From positions 86,889 to 150,888 of the forward strand of contig JADJSX010000013.1 in assembly GCA_016711485.1 (NCBI GenBank): DNA of 64,000 nt, read 5' to 3'. Origin of the DNA: Leptospiraceae bacterium. GTDB taxonomy: Bacteria > Spirochaetota > Leptospiria > Leptospirales > Leptospiraceae. This document shows, in pieces, positions 10,347 through 20,152 of the stretch (positions are counted from its first letter, which is position 1; each line of letters begins with the position of its first letter). A model generated the notes under the pieces. That model saw nothing but the letters and a program-made list of their open reading frames with translations, had not been told where the DNA came from and did not search any database. Position numbers and translations under genes: made by a program.

Positions 10347-12620
10347 TCAAACAGTAAAATAAAATGTAGCACCTTTATCAACTTCTGCCTCTGTCCAAAT
10401 CCTACCACCTAGTTTATTAATTACTCGCAATGTAGTGGCTAATCCAATACCAGTGCCTTCAAATTCACTTGAGCTATGAAGTCTCTGGAACGCACCAAAT
10501 AACTTATTAGAATATTTCATATCAAATCCTACCCCATTGTCTCTAATATAGTAGACAGTTGTATTTTCTTTCTCAAAAGATCCAAATTCGATTTTCGTTT
10601 TTTCTTTATTACGTGAATACTTCCATGCATTTGAGAGGAGATTTTGTAAAGCAACTTGAATGAATGTTTTATCGACAAATGCAGTTATGCCAGGTTGAAT
10701 GATAAAATCTCCCTTCCGATAAGGCTCCTGTGTAATTAAATCATTTGAGATAGTTAAGGCTAACTCAGAGATATCTACTTTTTCTTTATTTACCTGCATT
10801 TGGCTAATTCTAGATAGCCGCAGAAGGTCATCGATCAATATTCCCATTTTTTGACTTGCATTTCGAATTCTTTTAAAATAATCTTGCCCTTCTTCTGGTA
10901 AAAGGTCAGAGAATTTTTTTGCTATTAAATTACTAAATCCATCTATACCTCTGAGTGGAGTGCGTAAATCATGTGATACAGAATAAGAAAAAGCCTCTAA
11001 TTCTTTATTTAACGATCTAAGCTCAACTTCTTTTTGTGTTAAATCATAATTAATCGCTGTTATTTGCTCTAAGGATTGTGATAATTGATTGGTTCTCTCT
11101 TCTACTAATTTTTCCAATTGATTTTTATATTGTTCTAATTCTAATTCGGCATTTTTTTGATTTGTAATATCACGGCTGGTTCCTACTGCAAAAATGGGAT
11201 GTTTGTTTTCGTTTTCCCCTTCTGTCGAAATAAATGCATCAATGGATAACCATCGTAATCCTTTATCTTTATGCAAAATTCGAAATTGTCGCGAATACTT
11301 TCCATTTCCCTCTTTTCCGATTGCTTGAATAAATGCATTCTGTAATTCTACAACATCATCAGGATGTAAAATGGAAGTTAATTCTTCGAATTTTACTTCC
11401 GCTTTATTAAACCCGTGATGCATTTGACATCGTTCGTTAAAATAAAATATATTGGCAACAATATCATGTCTCCAAACTCCCATTTCTGTTGCTTCATAAG
11501 CCATCTGCAATAGATGTTCGTTTTCAAAAATAGATTTCTGAATATTCTTCAATTCAGTGATATCTCTAGCGGTTACGACTGAGCCTACGATTTTTCCTTC
11601 TGGGTTTCGAATGGGAGCAAAGCTATAAGTCCCGAACCAAGTCTCTTGGGTGTCTTTACGTTTTAGAATATGTTCGACATTGGTTGCGGTTTCTCCACGT
11701 AAAGCTCTGGGCACTGCCCAGTTATCAAATAGGGTTAACTCACCATTAACCTCATATACTTCAAAAAACAATGAATACTCTGCTAATGTCTTTACGCATT
11801 CCTCAATATTTTTAAAACGATGAAACTTAGCAAATGCTCCATTGAAATGAGTGAAATTTCCATTTTCATCTGAGATGAATACCGCATCAGCCATACTCGT
11901 TAATGCAGCTTCAAATCTTTCCTGACTTTCTTGTAACTTTTTTTCTACTTCTTTTTTTTCTGTAATATCTCTCGAAATGACAAGTATACTTTCGTTATTA
12001 TCACTATCGCAAATAGGAACTAAGTAATTATTGTAAGTGCGGATACTTCGATTATCTCCCATACCACTATGTTCTATATACTGAGTTTGTTTTGTGGAAA
12101 TCGCTCTTTGAAATGCCGCTCTCATTTGGATTATTGACTCACCCATAAGAAAGTCATAATAGTATTTACCTTCAATGTCTTTTTCTGAAAATCCTTCTGC
12201 ATAATGATTTAGAAATAAGTATTTACCATCTGTATCATAAATGGTGATATAATCAGGAATTGCCTCGACCAAGGACTTCCATTTTTTTTCACTTTTTTGA
12301 AATAAATCTTCTTTGAAATGAGTTAAGGCTAATTTTAAATTTCTGACTCCAACAACAAACAAAGCAAAGATGGCTATGTTAATGTATATATTCCATAACG
12401 AAAATTCCAATCCTTTCAAATCATTCGATTGAAAAAGACCATAGAGCAAAAATAGATTTCGGAATATTATGAACAAAAAGGCAAATATAAATGCTAACCA
12501 ACCGCTAGGCTTGTGTGAAAGATAGATTCGTATTAAATAATAAAATACAATGAACTGAAAGATACTTTCCAAGATTAATAGATAGAATGGATTCATATTG
12601 TTTGCATTTGACTTTTCCAA
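10347..12620 (-). CDS. membrane PAS-domain sensor histidine kinase
   Basis: N-terminal TM helices, three PAS/PAC-like blocks, H-box VSHDLRTPLRGI and HATPase motifs (IRDNGVGFD, GTGIGL). It is the first gene of a four-gene minus-strand phosphorelay operon. Confidence 0.85.
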   Translation of the reverse strand: MEKSNANNMNPFYLLILESIFQFIVFYYLIRIYLSHKPSGWLAFIFAFLFIIFRNLFLLYGLFQSNDLKGLEFSLWNIYINIAIFALFVVGVRNLKLALTHFKEDLFQKSEKKWKSLVEAIPDYITIYDTDGKYLFLNHYAEGFSEKDIEGKYYYDFLMGESIIQMRAAFQRAISTKQTQYIEHSGMGDNRSIRTYNNYLVPICDSDNNESILVISRDITEKKEVEKKLQESQERFEAALTSMADAVFISDENGNFTHFNGAFAKFHRFKNIEECVKTLAEYSLFFEVYEVNGELTLFDNWAVPRALRGETATNVEHILKRKDTQETWFGTYSFAPIRNPEGKIVGSVVTARDITELKNIQKSIFENEHLLQMAYEATEMGVWRHDIVANIFYFNERCQMHHGFNKAEVKFEELTSILHPDDVVELQNAFIQAIGKEGNGKYSRQFRILHKDKGLRWLSIDAFISTEGENENKHPIFAVGTSRDITNQKNAELELEQYKNQLEKLVEERTNQLSQSLEQITAINYDLTQKEVELRSLNKELEAFSYSVSHDLRTPLRGIDGFSNLIAKKFSDLLPEEGQDYFKRIRNASQKMGILIDDLLRLSRISQMQVNKEKVDISELALTISNDLITQEPYRKGDFIIQPGITAFVDKTFIQVALQNLLSNAWKYSRNKEKTKIEFGSFEKENTTVYYIRDNGVGFDMKYSNKLFGAFQRLHSSSEFEGTGIGLATTLRVINKLGGRIWTEAEVDKGATFYFTV

Positions 12621-12999
12621 TTACCATAGTTTTACTATTGGAATCTTAAAGCAAGAACATTAAAGAAAACTAGAATACGCACGCAATAAACCAATACTAA
12701 TTACGTGTGTATCACAAGTAGATCTACCTTATTTTAGCTACTCAGAAATTTTGGAATTTAATTTTTCTAAGTTAAATGGACTTAAGATAAAATCTATATT
12801 ACCAAATTTCGCTAGATCGTCTATTGTTCCTTAATCCCTATTTTTCTCTTTCTTAACTGAATGACATTGGGGAGTTAGAAAGAAAAAAGATATTCCATTT
12901 TGTTTCATGCCAATACAATTTGTTTGCTTTCTTTTTTAATTCCGGGACAGAATACAAATAAATTATTCTATCACATCTACTCCGATCAATCTCATATGC

Positions 13000-13075
13000 G
13001 CATAATTCATATTACCCAATTAAATTCTATAATTTCCTTTGTTGCGTAACGTCAGTTATTAAATATTCCGTCACC
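13000..13075 (-). other. degenerate minus-strand copy of the small-ORF/hairpin element family (5' portion only; ATG mutated to ATA)
   Basis: Its reverse complement reads ...taataactgacgttacgcaacaaaggaaattATAgaatttaattgg, matching the conserved upstream box (ttattaactgacgttacgcaaaa), the RBS and the start region of the copies at 55390 and 63545. It abuts the STAS gene stop. Confidence 0.3.
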
Positions 13076-13407
13076 TAAAACGATGCCAATGCTTCATTCA
13101 CTGTATCAAAGATTTCAAAATTACTTTGCATCTTCGTTTGTCTAAATACGTTCTTTGACTCCAGACTAACGTTCGCTAATTTAATTCGAATTTCACGCTG
13201 CTGACATTCAAACAAAAGATTTACCAACATTCCAAGACCAGATGAATCAATAAATGTAACTTTTTCCAGAGAGATAATTATTTTTTTATTCTCACTTTTT
13301 AGTAATGTCCTTAAAAATTTTTTAATCGGAGGCGCTGAATACAAGTCAATCGCTTCTATCAATTCAACCACATCTACACCATTTACTTCTTTATGTATAT
13401 AACTCAT
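13075..13407 (-). CDS. STAS-domain anti-sigma-factor antagonist (SpoIIAA/RsbV-like)
   Basis: 110 aa containing the ISLEKVTFIDSSGLGMLVNL core typical of STAS domains. Confidence 0.75.
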   Translation of the reverse strand: MSYIHKEVNGVDVVELIEAIDLYSAPPIKKFLRTLLKSENKKIIISLEKVTFIDSSGLGMLVNLLFECQQREIRIKLANVSLESKNVFRQTKMQSNFEIFDTVNEALASF

Positions 13408-13452
13408 TTTATTTATTTCCTCTTTTAATTTTAAAATTCTAACATATCTGGT

Positions 13453-13656
13453 CTAACTTTCAAATATGCGTCTAATATTGATTTTGCTCGTTCCTTTTTT
13501 TTCAATTATTTTTGTCTGTAATAAAGAATCTAATTTTTGGAGATTCGAATTTATCGAATAATGATTGTAAATCGACAAATCCTTTTCTTGAATGTATTTA
13601 TTTATTTCAGAAATATCATCCTGCCTAAAATAAAAATTAATCCGTTTGCTTTTCAT
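13453..13656 (-). CDS. hypothetical small protein (67 aa)
   Basis: ORF with a 4-bp ATGA overlap with the upstream KGG gene. No recognisable domain. Confidence 0.35.
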   Translation of the reverse strand: MKSKRINFYFRQDDISEINKYIQEKDLSIYNHYSINSNLQKLDSLLQTKIIEKKGTSKINIRRIFES

Positions 13657-13868
13657 GAATTCGAATCCTCATTATTGTAACTATGAAACTCAGGTTTCAT
13701 TCCATAACCCTCTCCTACTTCCTCTATGGTTTTTCGCTCGCGGATAACAGGAATTCCACTTTTAGTTTGTTTACCAACCTGATGAATTTCTACCTCTTTC
13801 CCTTTTTCTTGGTGTTTAATACCACCTTTTCGTCCATAGGGATTAGGGATATTCTTGTCTTCACTCAT
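13653..13868 (-). CDS. KGG-repeat general stress protein (71 aa)
   Basis: PYGRKGGIKHQEKGKE matches the KGG stress-protein repeat. The gene sits upstream of the STAS gene. Confidence 0.55.
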   Translation of the reverse strand: MSEDKNIPNPYGRKGGIKHQEKGKEVEIHQVGKQTKSGIPVIRERKTIEEVGEGYGMKPEFHSYNNEDSNS

Positions 13869-14074
13869 AGATTTGTCTAGAATAAAATTGCGTTTTTGAT
13901 TATAGGATAGAATTTATAAATACATAGTATTTGTTTAGCTGATTGGATATATTCAACATGAACTTGACGTAAGCAGATGCGTTACTTGATCAATTAAAAA
14001 TTAGAGGCTAACTCCCAATACCCGTTAGTAGAAATAGCCTTATGATTTTTTAAAAACCACTTGTCATAAATATA

Positions 14075-14250
14075 CTAACTCACCTTACGCAAAATTGGTA
14101 ATTTATGGAAAGAAGGAAAATCATGAGAATATTAGATAAAGCTAATAAATTAATGAATAAGCAGGTTTGGGCGGCAGCCCAAGTCGCCGACAGGCTCCAA
14201 ATCTCTCACCTCAACGCGCTTGCGCGTAAGGTGAGATACTAAATATTTTT
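14075..14250 (+). other. small-ORF/hairpin element copy A; includes a candidate 39-codon ORF at 14123..14242
   Basis: Conserved upstream box (ctaactcaccttacgcaaaattggtaattt), RBS aaggaaaatcATG, and ORF MRILDKANKLMNKQVWAAAQVADRLQISHLNALARKVRY*. The 3' hairpin tctcacct-caacgcgcttgcgcgt-aaggtgaga contains the stop codon and is followed by a T-rich run. Confidence 0.35.
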
Positions 14251-14259
14251 CCTATCGTA

Positions 14260-14895
14260 ATGGCATACTTTTTAAATAAACTCGACACGAGTCCCGAGCT
14301 TACGACTACATCTTATTCCAAAAGAAATCCAGCAAAAAGGATTTTCATTTCTGGAATTATCCTATTTATCATTATTGCTATTTCTATATTTATTCTATTG
14401 AACTACGATCCAAGTAATCCAAATGCCGAAAAAGATTTGACTCTTCTCCATGCGAGATATAAAAAGGGAGAGAAGTTAGATAAAAAGGAATTTGCACTTT
14501 ATTGTTTGCTTTTAGAGAAAGTTTGGAAAATGCATCTTCTCAGTTGCTACTGCCCAGATGGTGTGATTAATCCAACTAAGGGAATTGATTGGACAAATCC
14601 CCCCAACTCGCCTGAAAAGTTGGGAAGTGAATGGGTGGAAGTTACAGAACCAGAAAAAGTAAAAAACACAGATTCTAGGATTTTTATGAATCGAGTTAGT
14701 AAAGAAAGAATTTCTTTTGATAGGAAAACTCCTGGCAAGGACGGTTTTTCAGGAAAAGATCATTGGCACAGGTTCAACCCATTGCCAATAGAAGGGAAAA
14801 ATAAAATGGATTATTATTTAGATGAATGTGGAAAGCCGGTAAAGAAAGGAAGTAGCAAATCACATATTGAGGTTAAAAATCTTGGTAACTATTGA
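14260..14895 (+). CDS. membrane-anchored hypothetical protein (211 aa) whose extracytoplasmic domain carries a possible HNH-like His/Asn motif
   Basis: N-terminal TM helix (IFISGIILFIIIAISIFILL) followed by a soluble domain containing GKDHWHRFNPLPIEGKNK...SKSHIEV. Assignment to a nuclease fold is speculative. Confidence 0.55.
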   Translation: MAYFLNKLDTSPELTTTSYSKRNPAKRIFISGIILFIIIAISIFILLNYDPSNPNAEKDLTLLHARYKKGEKLDKKEFALYCLLLEKVWKMHLLSCYCPDGVINPTKGIDWTNPPNSPEKLGSEWVEVTEPEKVKNTDSRIFMNRVSKERISFDRKTPGKDGFSGKDHWHRFNPLPIEGKNKMDYYLDECGKPVKKGSSKSHIEVKNLGNY

Positions 14896-14905
14896 TAATT
14901 CAGTT

Positions 14906-15340
14906 ATGCAAAAATTTGATTCTTTGATTCTTCATGATCTCCCAATCAAGAATTTGAATTTACTCTTTGAAGAGAAAAAGGCAATCATTGTTTTAGAAGA
15001 ATATGATGATTTAACAGATTTATATCAACCATTGACTTTAAGTTTCCTCGGCTTACATAATTTTATTTCTAAATATCCTGACAAATACGAATTTAGCGTT
15101 GTCGGTTGCAAAGATGCTACTTGCAAAAAAATAAAAGATGGTGAATACGAAGCGTTATTCGCATTGGAAATGCAAGACGGACAACCAGTCTACTCTCTTA
15201 CTATCGGCTTCACTTCTCTCACTATCAATCGAACGTTATCCGATAAAGCTATCGAATACAAAAAAGCAAACCTCGAAACTCGCTATGAAAAAATAGAATG
15301 GTTTGAAAAAAACAATCTCGCTCTTCCTGAATGGGTGTGA
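14906..15340 (+). CDS. hypothetical protein (144 aa from the Met at 14906; the ORF track extends it to 14867)
   Basis: The ORF lies immediately downstream of 14260..14895. The ATG at 14906 falls 11 bp after the upstream stop, whereas the longer ORF would overlap it by 29 nt. No recognisable domain. Confidence 0.5.
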   Translation: MQKFDSLILHDLPIKNLNLLFEEKKAIIVLEEYDDLTDLYQPLTLSFLGLHNFISKYPDKYEFSVVGCKDATCKKIKDGEYEALFALEMQDGQPVYSLTIGFTSLTINRTLSDKAIEYKKANLETRYEKIEWFEKNNLALPEWV

Positions 15341-15423
15341 ATAGTTTCCGCTCGGAATTTTAACAAGACTACTTATTATGCTGCGCTCCAAGAAGCAGCA
15401 TTGAGTTGGAGCACGGATAAGCT

Positions 15424-17637
15424 CTAAAATAGTTCACTCCATTTTTTTACTATTGGAATTCCTGGTTTTAAGTTATTAATTGTTTTAATAGAACTTATTT
15501 CAAATGGTTTATCCAATTTCATAAAATAATAATGACTAACCCCTCTGGTTGATTCAATGTCAGGAGAACGATACTTTTCCAATTCCTCTCTCTTGCACAA
15601 ACGAATCGATTTTATTTTAGCGTACCAAGGCAAGGTTTCACCTTTATTTGAATATCCAATAAAAAATTTGCATTTAAAAATATTACTATCTTGTTCAATC
15701 ACATTCCCGTCTTTTATAGCATGGAAGAAAAAGATTTTTTCGTCTTTTACCAGTTCAATTTCTTCTTTTCGAACAAAACCTATTAGAGTAAATAAATCTT
15801 CTGGAGGTAAAGTTTCATTATCCGGATATTGAATGTAAGAATGTCGCAATGTTTCCATTGGTCTTTTACTTACAGTGTCATGTGTAAAAAATGAAATTCG
15901 ATAGAGTTGCGTAAACTGGTTTGATTGATGTGTAAATACTTTTTCGATAAATTCTTTTATTTCTAAACTATCCCGACTTGGAGACATGGGAAACGCTCCT
16001 ACCCCGGGAAGTATTTCATAATACTTTGAATAATCATATTTTCTATTGCCTGGATAAATGATATAACTCCCAACAGATTTACGAATTGCCTCATTGTAAG
16101 CATGCATTTTATACAGGTCAGCACTTTTATAGATGCTCGATTTTTCTAGTCTCTTCTCTTTTAAAAGACTTTCGTCAGTCTCGGTAGTTTGATTTCCGTT
16201 CTCTTGGAATAATTCTTCGAGTCTATCAAGTCTATACTTTGCATCAAAGTGCAAATAAGCAATATTACCCGCTTGCACTGCATTTTCCTCTAATTTCTGT
16301 GAGTCCAATTCTTCTGAAAAAGGTAATATAGCAATTGTATAATCAGGTCTAAACGTGCGCGAATAAGAACCCTTTAAAGGCTTATAGGAATTCTCCGCAA
16401 CAGAAACTTGATTGTAGGATTGAAATGATCTATTATAGTAAAAATGTATTCGTAAATTTCTAACTCTATCAATAAAAACAGAAATTGTTTCTTTCCCTTC
16501 TTTCAAATTGACTAACATCTTATCTTTAGAAATTTGAATAAACTGATTTGCGCTTTTCTCTTGATTTACATATTCTAACTTACATTGCTTTAGGATTTCA
16601 AATATTTTAATATAAACCCAGTACTCATATAAAACATCAACGCCTCGATTATTACCCTCGAACGCTTCTCTATTTCCATCCCAAGATAGAGAAATTGCAT
16701 TTTCAACTAAATTGTATATTTCTAAAATTTGTCTGTATCCTTCTCGTTTTAACAAAGTCTGGTTATTAAATGGAATATAATCTAAACTACCAACATCGGA
16801 AAACATCTGAGCGGATAACAAGTATTCAACCGAATCTTTTATCATTCTAGATTCTGAAACAGAAGTAGGAGAAGGTTTTTTTTCTTCTACGTAATTGCAA
16901 ATATTTAAAAAGTATTCCAAAGCAAATTTTAAAAATCGATTCGGAGCAGTATCATAGCTATCATACTTTCTTTGGGATAATATTTTTTCAGGTAAGAAGC
17001 CCAACACATTCACTGAATTATTATTCTCTACTCGATACCAATTCTTTCCATATCGAATTGGCTCTGCAAAGAAATCTGCGCTCGCCCCAAAAGAACTATC
17101 CTTGTATTCCCATTCTGATTCTAATGCTCGATGTGGATTTCTTAAAATCATTTCGGAATAGTATTCCAATTTTTCTTGCGATAATCTACTTTTTAAAAAT
17201 AGAAATTGCTCTAAAACAATTTTCTTTTCTTCGTCAGGATTAGTAATAAATGTATGAGTGGTAGGGCTTGACCATTCCAGAAGAAGTTGTTCACAAAAGG
17301 TAGAAATTTCTTCTGTTAGTAATTTGTATTCGGAGAAATTAAACTTAACAGGAACAATATCAAAAAGAATCTTATCGGTATTAACCTTTAGATATCCTGA
17401 ACCAATAAAATTTACTACTTTAAAACTTCCACTTATAGAATCCTTAAACTGATTGACTTCAAAATTTATTTTATTTAAGTTTTGTAAACTAGAATCTACT
17501 GAGGCTAGTTCATAATTACCGCTTTGTAAATGTAACTTCCATTTATAGCGAATATTTTCTTTAAGCTGTATCGATCTATCGGAATCGGGAAAGAAAGTTA
17601 TGCTTCCTTCGTTTGCTTTTTTGGGATTCGATAGCAA
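15424..17637 (-). CDS. large hypothetical protein (737 aa) with a candidate PD-(D/E)xK nuclease motif, adjacent to an R-M pair
   Basis: A long ORF whose central region (RPDYTIAILPFSEE...LHFDAKYRL) fits a PD...D-x-K pattern. It is co-oriented with and 73 bp downstream of the putative restriction enzyme gene. Confidence 0.55.
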   Translation of the reverse strand: MLSNPKKANEGSITFFPDSDRSIQLKENIRYKWKLHLQSGNYELASVDSSLQNLNKINFEVNQFKDSISGSFKVVNFIGSGYLKVNTDKILFDIVPVKFNFSEYKLLTEEISTFCEQLLLEWSSPTTHTFITNPDEEKKIVLEQFLFLKSRLSQEKLEYYSEMILRNPHRALESEWEYKDSSFGASADFFAEPIRYGKNWYRVENNNSVNVLGFLPEKILSQRKYDSYDTAPNRFLKFALEYFLNICNYVEEKKPSPTSVSESRMIKDSVEYLLSAQMFSDVGSLDYIPFNNQTLLKREGYRQILEIYNLVENAISLSWDGNREAFEGNNRGVDVLYEYWVYIKIFEILKQCKLEYVNQEKSANQFIQISKDKMLVNLKEGKETISVFIDRVRNLRIHFYYNRSFQSYNQVSVAENSYKPLKGSYSRTFRPDYTIAILPFSEELDSQKLEENAVQAGNIAYLHFDAKYRLDRLEELFQENGNQTTETDESLLKEKRLEKSSIYKSADLYKMHAYNEAIRKSVGSYIIYPGNRKYDYSKYYEILPGVGAFPMSPSRDSLEIKEFIEKVFTHQSNQFTQLYRISFFTHDTVSKRPMETLRHSYIQYPDNETLPPEDLFTLIGFVRKEEIELVKDEKIFFFHAIKDGNVIEQDSNIFKCKFFIGYSNKGETLPWYAKIKSIRLCKREELEKYRSPDIESTRGVSHYYFMKLDKPFEISSIKTINNLKPGIPIVKKWSELF

Positions 17638-17710
17638 CGACTATCTATTAAAAAATGGTAAAAATTATTGTTATTTTATACTAGAATCATTAATTAGAAT
17701 TTAAATAATA

Positions 17711-18442
17711 TCAATACATAGAAGAGTTATGCTCTAATATTTTATTCCAATCGATATTGCCTTCAAATGAAAATTCGGCCGATAACTCTTCACTAAGTTG
17801 ATTTAGCATTTGAGAATATGCTTTTAAAAAATCTTCATTATTCTTTTGAGCCATAAATCCTAGAGGTTCGATAATTTCTTTATATAAATTAGGATTTCCA
17901 GAAATAAACTCCCAAAAACTTTGTCCGCATAACTTTAAATATTCGCCTTTATCAGGCTGGTTGTCTCTGCCGTAGCAACATCCATTAACCGCTACTATGT
18001 TTATTTTTTGAGTATTTGTCCCTAATGTTTTTTTTGCCTTTCTAAATTGGTCTATCATTTTTTTTATCTGACTACTATTCCCCCAATTGGGGCCAGATTT
18101 AATTGAAACTATATATTTAATTCCTTCTTTAAAAAATTCAAGATCAATTCCCTCTGTAGATGATTTATATCCATTGTTTACTGTTGATGAAATATGAATT
18201 GCAAGACTTTCCAGAAATTCTCCAAATAATCCTTCTTCTTGCGAAGATAAATGAGCATCCAAAATACTTTTCACTAAATCATAAAAGGTATGAATATTTT
18301 TTGCTTTATAAAGATATGGATTCTTCCTTTTTAAAATCGTTTTTAATTTTAATTTTTCCAGACTCTTTAATCGTTTTGAATGAAAACTTCCAATATGATC
18401 CTCTACATATTTTTTTACTTCGTCAATTGAGATTGTATTCAT
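17711..18442 (-). CDS. putative Type II restriction endonuclease (243 aa), partner of the adjacent methyltransferase
   Basis: Its start abuts the methyltransferase stop with no gap. It carries a PD-(D/E)xK-like element (GIDLEFF...IKYIVSIKSG). The call rests mainly on context. Confidence 0.4.
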   Translation of the reverse strand: MNTISIDEVKKYVEDHIGSFHSKRLKSLEKLKLKTILKRKNPYLYKAKNIHTFYDLVKSILDAHLSSQEEGLFGEFLESLAIHISSTVNNGYKSSTEGIDLEFFKEGIKYIVSIKSGPNWGNSSQIKKMIDQFRKAKKTLGTNTQKINIVAVNGCCYGRDNQPDKGEYLKLCGQSFWEFISGNPNLYKEIIEPLGFMAQKNNEDFLKAYSQMLNQLSEELSAEFSFEGNIDWNKILEHNSSMY

Positions 18443-19303
18443 TTATTTTCCAATTAGATTCTTTCTTTTACTTAGAAGTTCTGTCTCTGCCAATTTATAA
18501 TATTCAGAAAGTATTTCAATGCCAATACCTTTTCTAAACATTCTTTCCGCAACAGTTATCGTTGTACCTGATCCCATAAATGGATCTAAAACAACATCTC
18601 CTTCTTTCGTAAATAGATTTATGAACCATTCTGGTAAAGCTTCAGGGAATGCAGCACTATGGTTTTTATTATTACACTCAGTTGCAAGATGCAAAACATT
18701 ATTTGGATACACCCTATCACGATCAATCCAATTAGAGATATTCTTTCCAAATCCACTTCCATTTTTTGCATTATCACGAATTTTATCAGTGTCACTTAAA
18801 TTCTTTAATCTGTTCTTTGACCATTCTCCAACAGGAACCATTACTGCTTCTTGATACATATTAAATTTTCTATCTTTATTAAATTGCAAAAGTCGCTCCC
18901 AAGAATCTCGAAATCGATTTGGCCACTTTCCAGGATATGAATTTTTCTTATGCCAAATAAACTCCTCTGTCCATAACCAACCAATTTTTCTAAGCTCTAA
19001 GATTAGTTCCAAAACGTAAGTATGCCTTTCACCATTTTCTGCTTTCTCTTTAATATTCAGAATAAAAGTTCCAGTTGGTTTTATTACTCGAAATAATTGC
19101 ACCGCTATCGGTAAGAACCAATTTACATATTCCTCTGGTTTAACTCCACCATACGTTTTGATTCTTCTGTCAGCATATGGAGGAGATGTCACAATTAAAT
19201 CAATAGAGTTATTTGGAAAAGTTTTTAATATTTTTAAGCAATCACCGCAATGAATTTCAAAGTTATTGGATTTTTTCCCTTTCATACGACTAATGTCGGC
19301 CAA
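18443..19303 (-). CDS. beta-class DNA methyltransferase (N4-cytosine or N6-adenine; SPPY catalytic motif)
   Basis: Motif IV (DLIVTSPPYADRR) lies N-terminal to motif I (LDPFMGSGTT), the circularly permuted order typical of beta-class amino-methyltransferases. Confidence 0.8.
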   Translation of the reverse strand: MADISRMKGKKSNNFEIHCGDCLKILKTFPNNSIDLIVTSPPYADRRIKTYGGVKPEEYVNWFLPIAVQLFRVIKPTGTFILNIKEKAENGERHTYVLELILELRKIGWLWTEEFIWHKKNSYPGKWPNRFRDSWERLLQFNKDRKFNMYQEAVMVPVGEWSKNRLKNLSDTDKIRDNAKNGSGFGKNISNWIDRDRVYPNNVLHLATECNNKNHSAAFPEALPEWFINLFTKEGDVVLDPFMGSGTTITVAERMFRKGIGIEILSEYYKLAETELLSKRKNLIGK

Positions 19304-19392
19304 TGATATTTTTTGTAAAACAGAATTTATGTCCCGTCATAGTAAGCAGGAGACTATTAATAGTATAAATTGATGTTCAGTATTTTCCTATT

Positions 19393-19743
19393 TTACCTGC
19401 ATCGACTAATCTCGATTATCCAAAAAACTTCAGCATTTGATACTTTTAATTTATGATTATCAATCGTAAAAACCCATCGCTTACGGGTTACTGCATCTTT
19501 GTCTTTAGAAAATGATTTTTCATTAAATTTATCTTTAACCGCTTTAAAAGGAATAATGTAATAATCATTGTAAACATTTTCATCACCGTAGACGATTAAA
19601 TCAAAATTATCCTTGGTAGCTTCTCGAAACTTTTCCATTTTGCTAGCTGAAAAATCACCCCAATATTTATTTTTTGGGTCAGCTTTGCGAATATAATTGG
19701 TTTGCTTCAACGCATCGCGATTCAAGTATATCAGATTCTTCAT
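19393..19743 (-). CDS. hypothetical protein (116 aa)
   Basis: ORF only; no recognisable domain. It lies within the putative defence island. Confidence 0.4.
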   Translation of the reverse strand: MKNLIYLNRDALKQTNYIRKADPKNKYWGDFSASKMEKFREATKDNFDLIVYGDENVYNDYYIIPFKAVKDKFNEKSFSKDKDAVTRKRWVFTIDNHKLKVSNAEVFWIIEISRCR

Positions 19744-19855
19744 TTTTGATTATTGTCCTTTGTTTCTTTCAAAGCAAAACCAATGAGAATAAATATTGAA
19801 TGGATAGCAAGGAAAAAAATAGAATTTAATAGTTAAAACTAAAGTTTATAATTCA

Positions 19856-20152
19856 TTAAATCCTATCCAAATCAAAATCAATTTCTTTTACTGTAATTAG
19901 TTTATAACCCTCCATTCCGTTTTCAGATAGAAAACTCAAATCCATTTCTTTCCAAAATTTTTCTATTGTCCAATTTAAACCAAGACTTCTACCAATGAAT
20001 CGATTTGCTTTATGATTAGAAGTATTTCTAAAATAAGAAACAATTTCAATTATAGCTTTCTTTTCACTCTCCGCCCTTACCTGTTGAAAGAAATAATTTT
20101 CATAGAACCCAGATATAAATTCAAATTTGTATAAATAGTTTTTCATTTTCAT
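19856..20152 (-). CDS. hypothetical small protein (98 aa), downstream member of an overlapping gene pair
   Basis: ORF with a 4-bp overlap with 20149..20379. Confidence 0.35.
   Translation of the reverse strand: MKMKNYLYKFEFISGFYENYFFQQVRAESEKKAIIEIVSYFRNTSNHKANRFIGRSLGLNWTIEKFWKEMDLSFLSENGMEGYKLITVKEIDFDLDRI

Noticed and set aside
15340-15424. Interleaved inverted repeats (tgctgcgctccaagaagcagca / gctccaa...ttggagc) between convergent genes
   Set aside because: It is probably an ordinary bidirectional terminator. The stems are short (6-7 bp) and there is nothing unusual about it.
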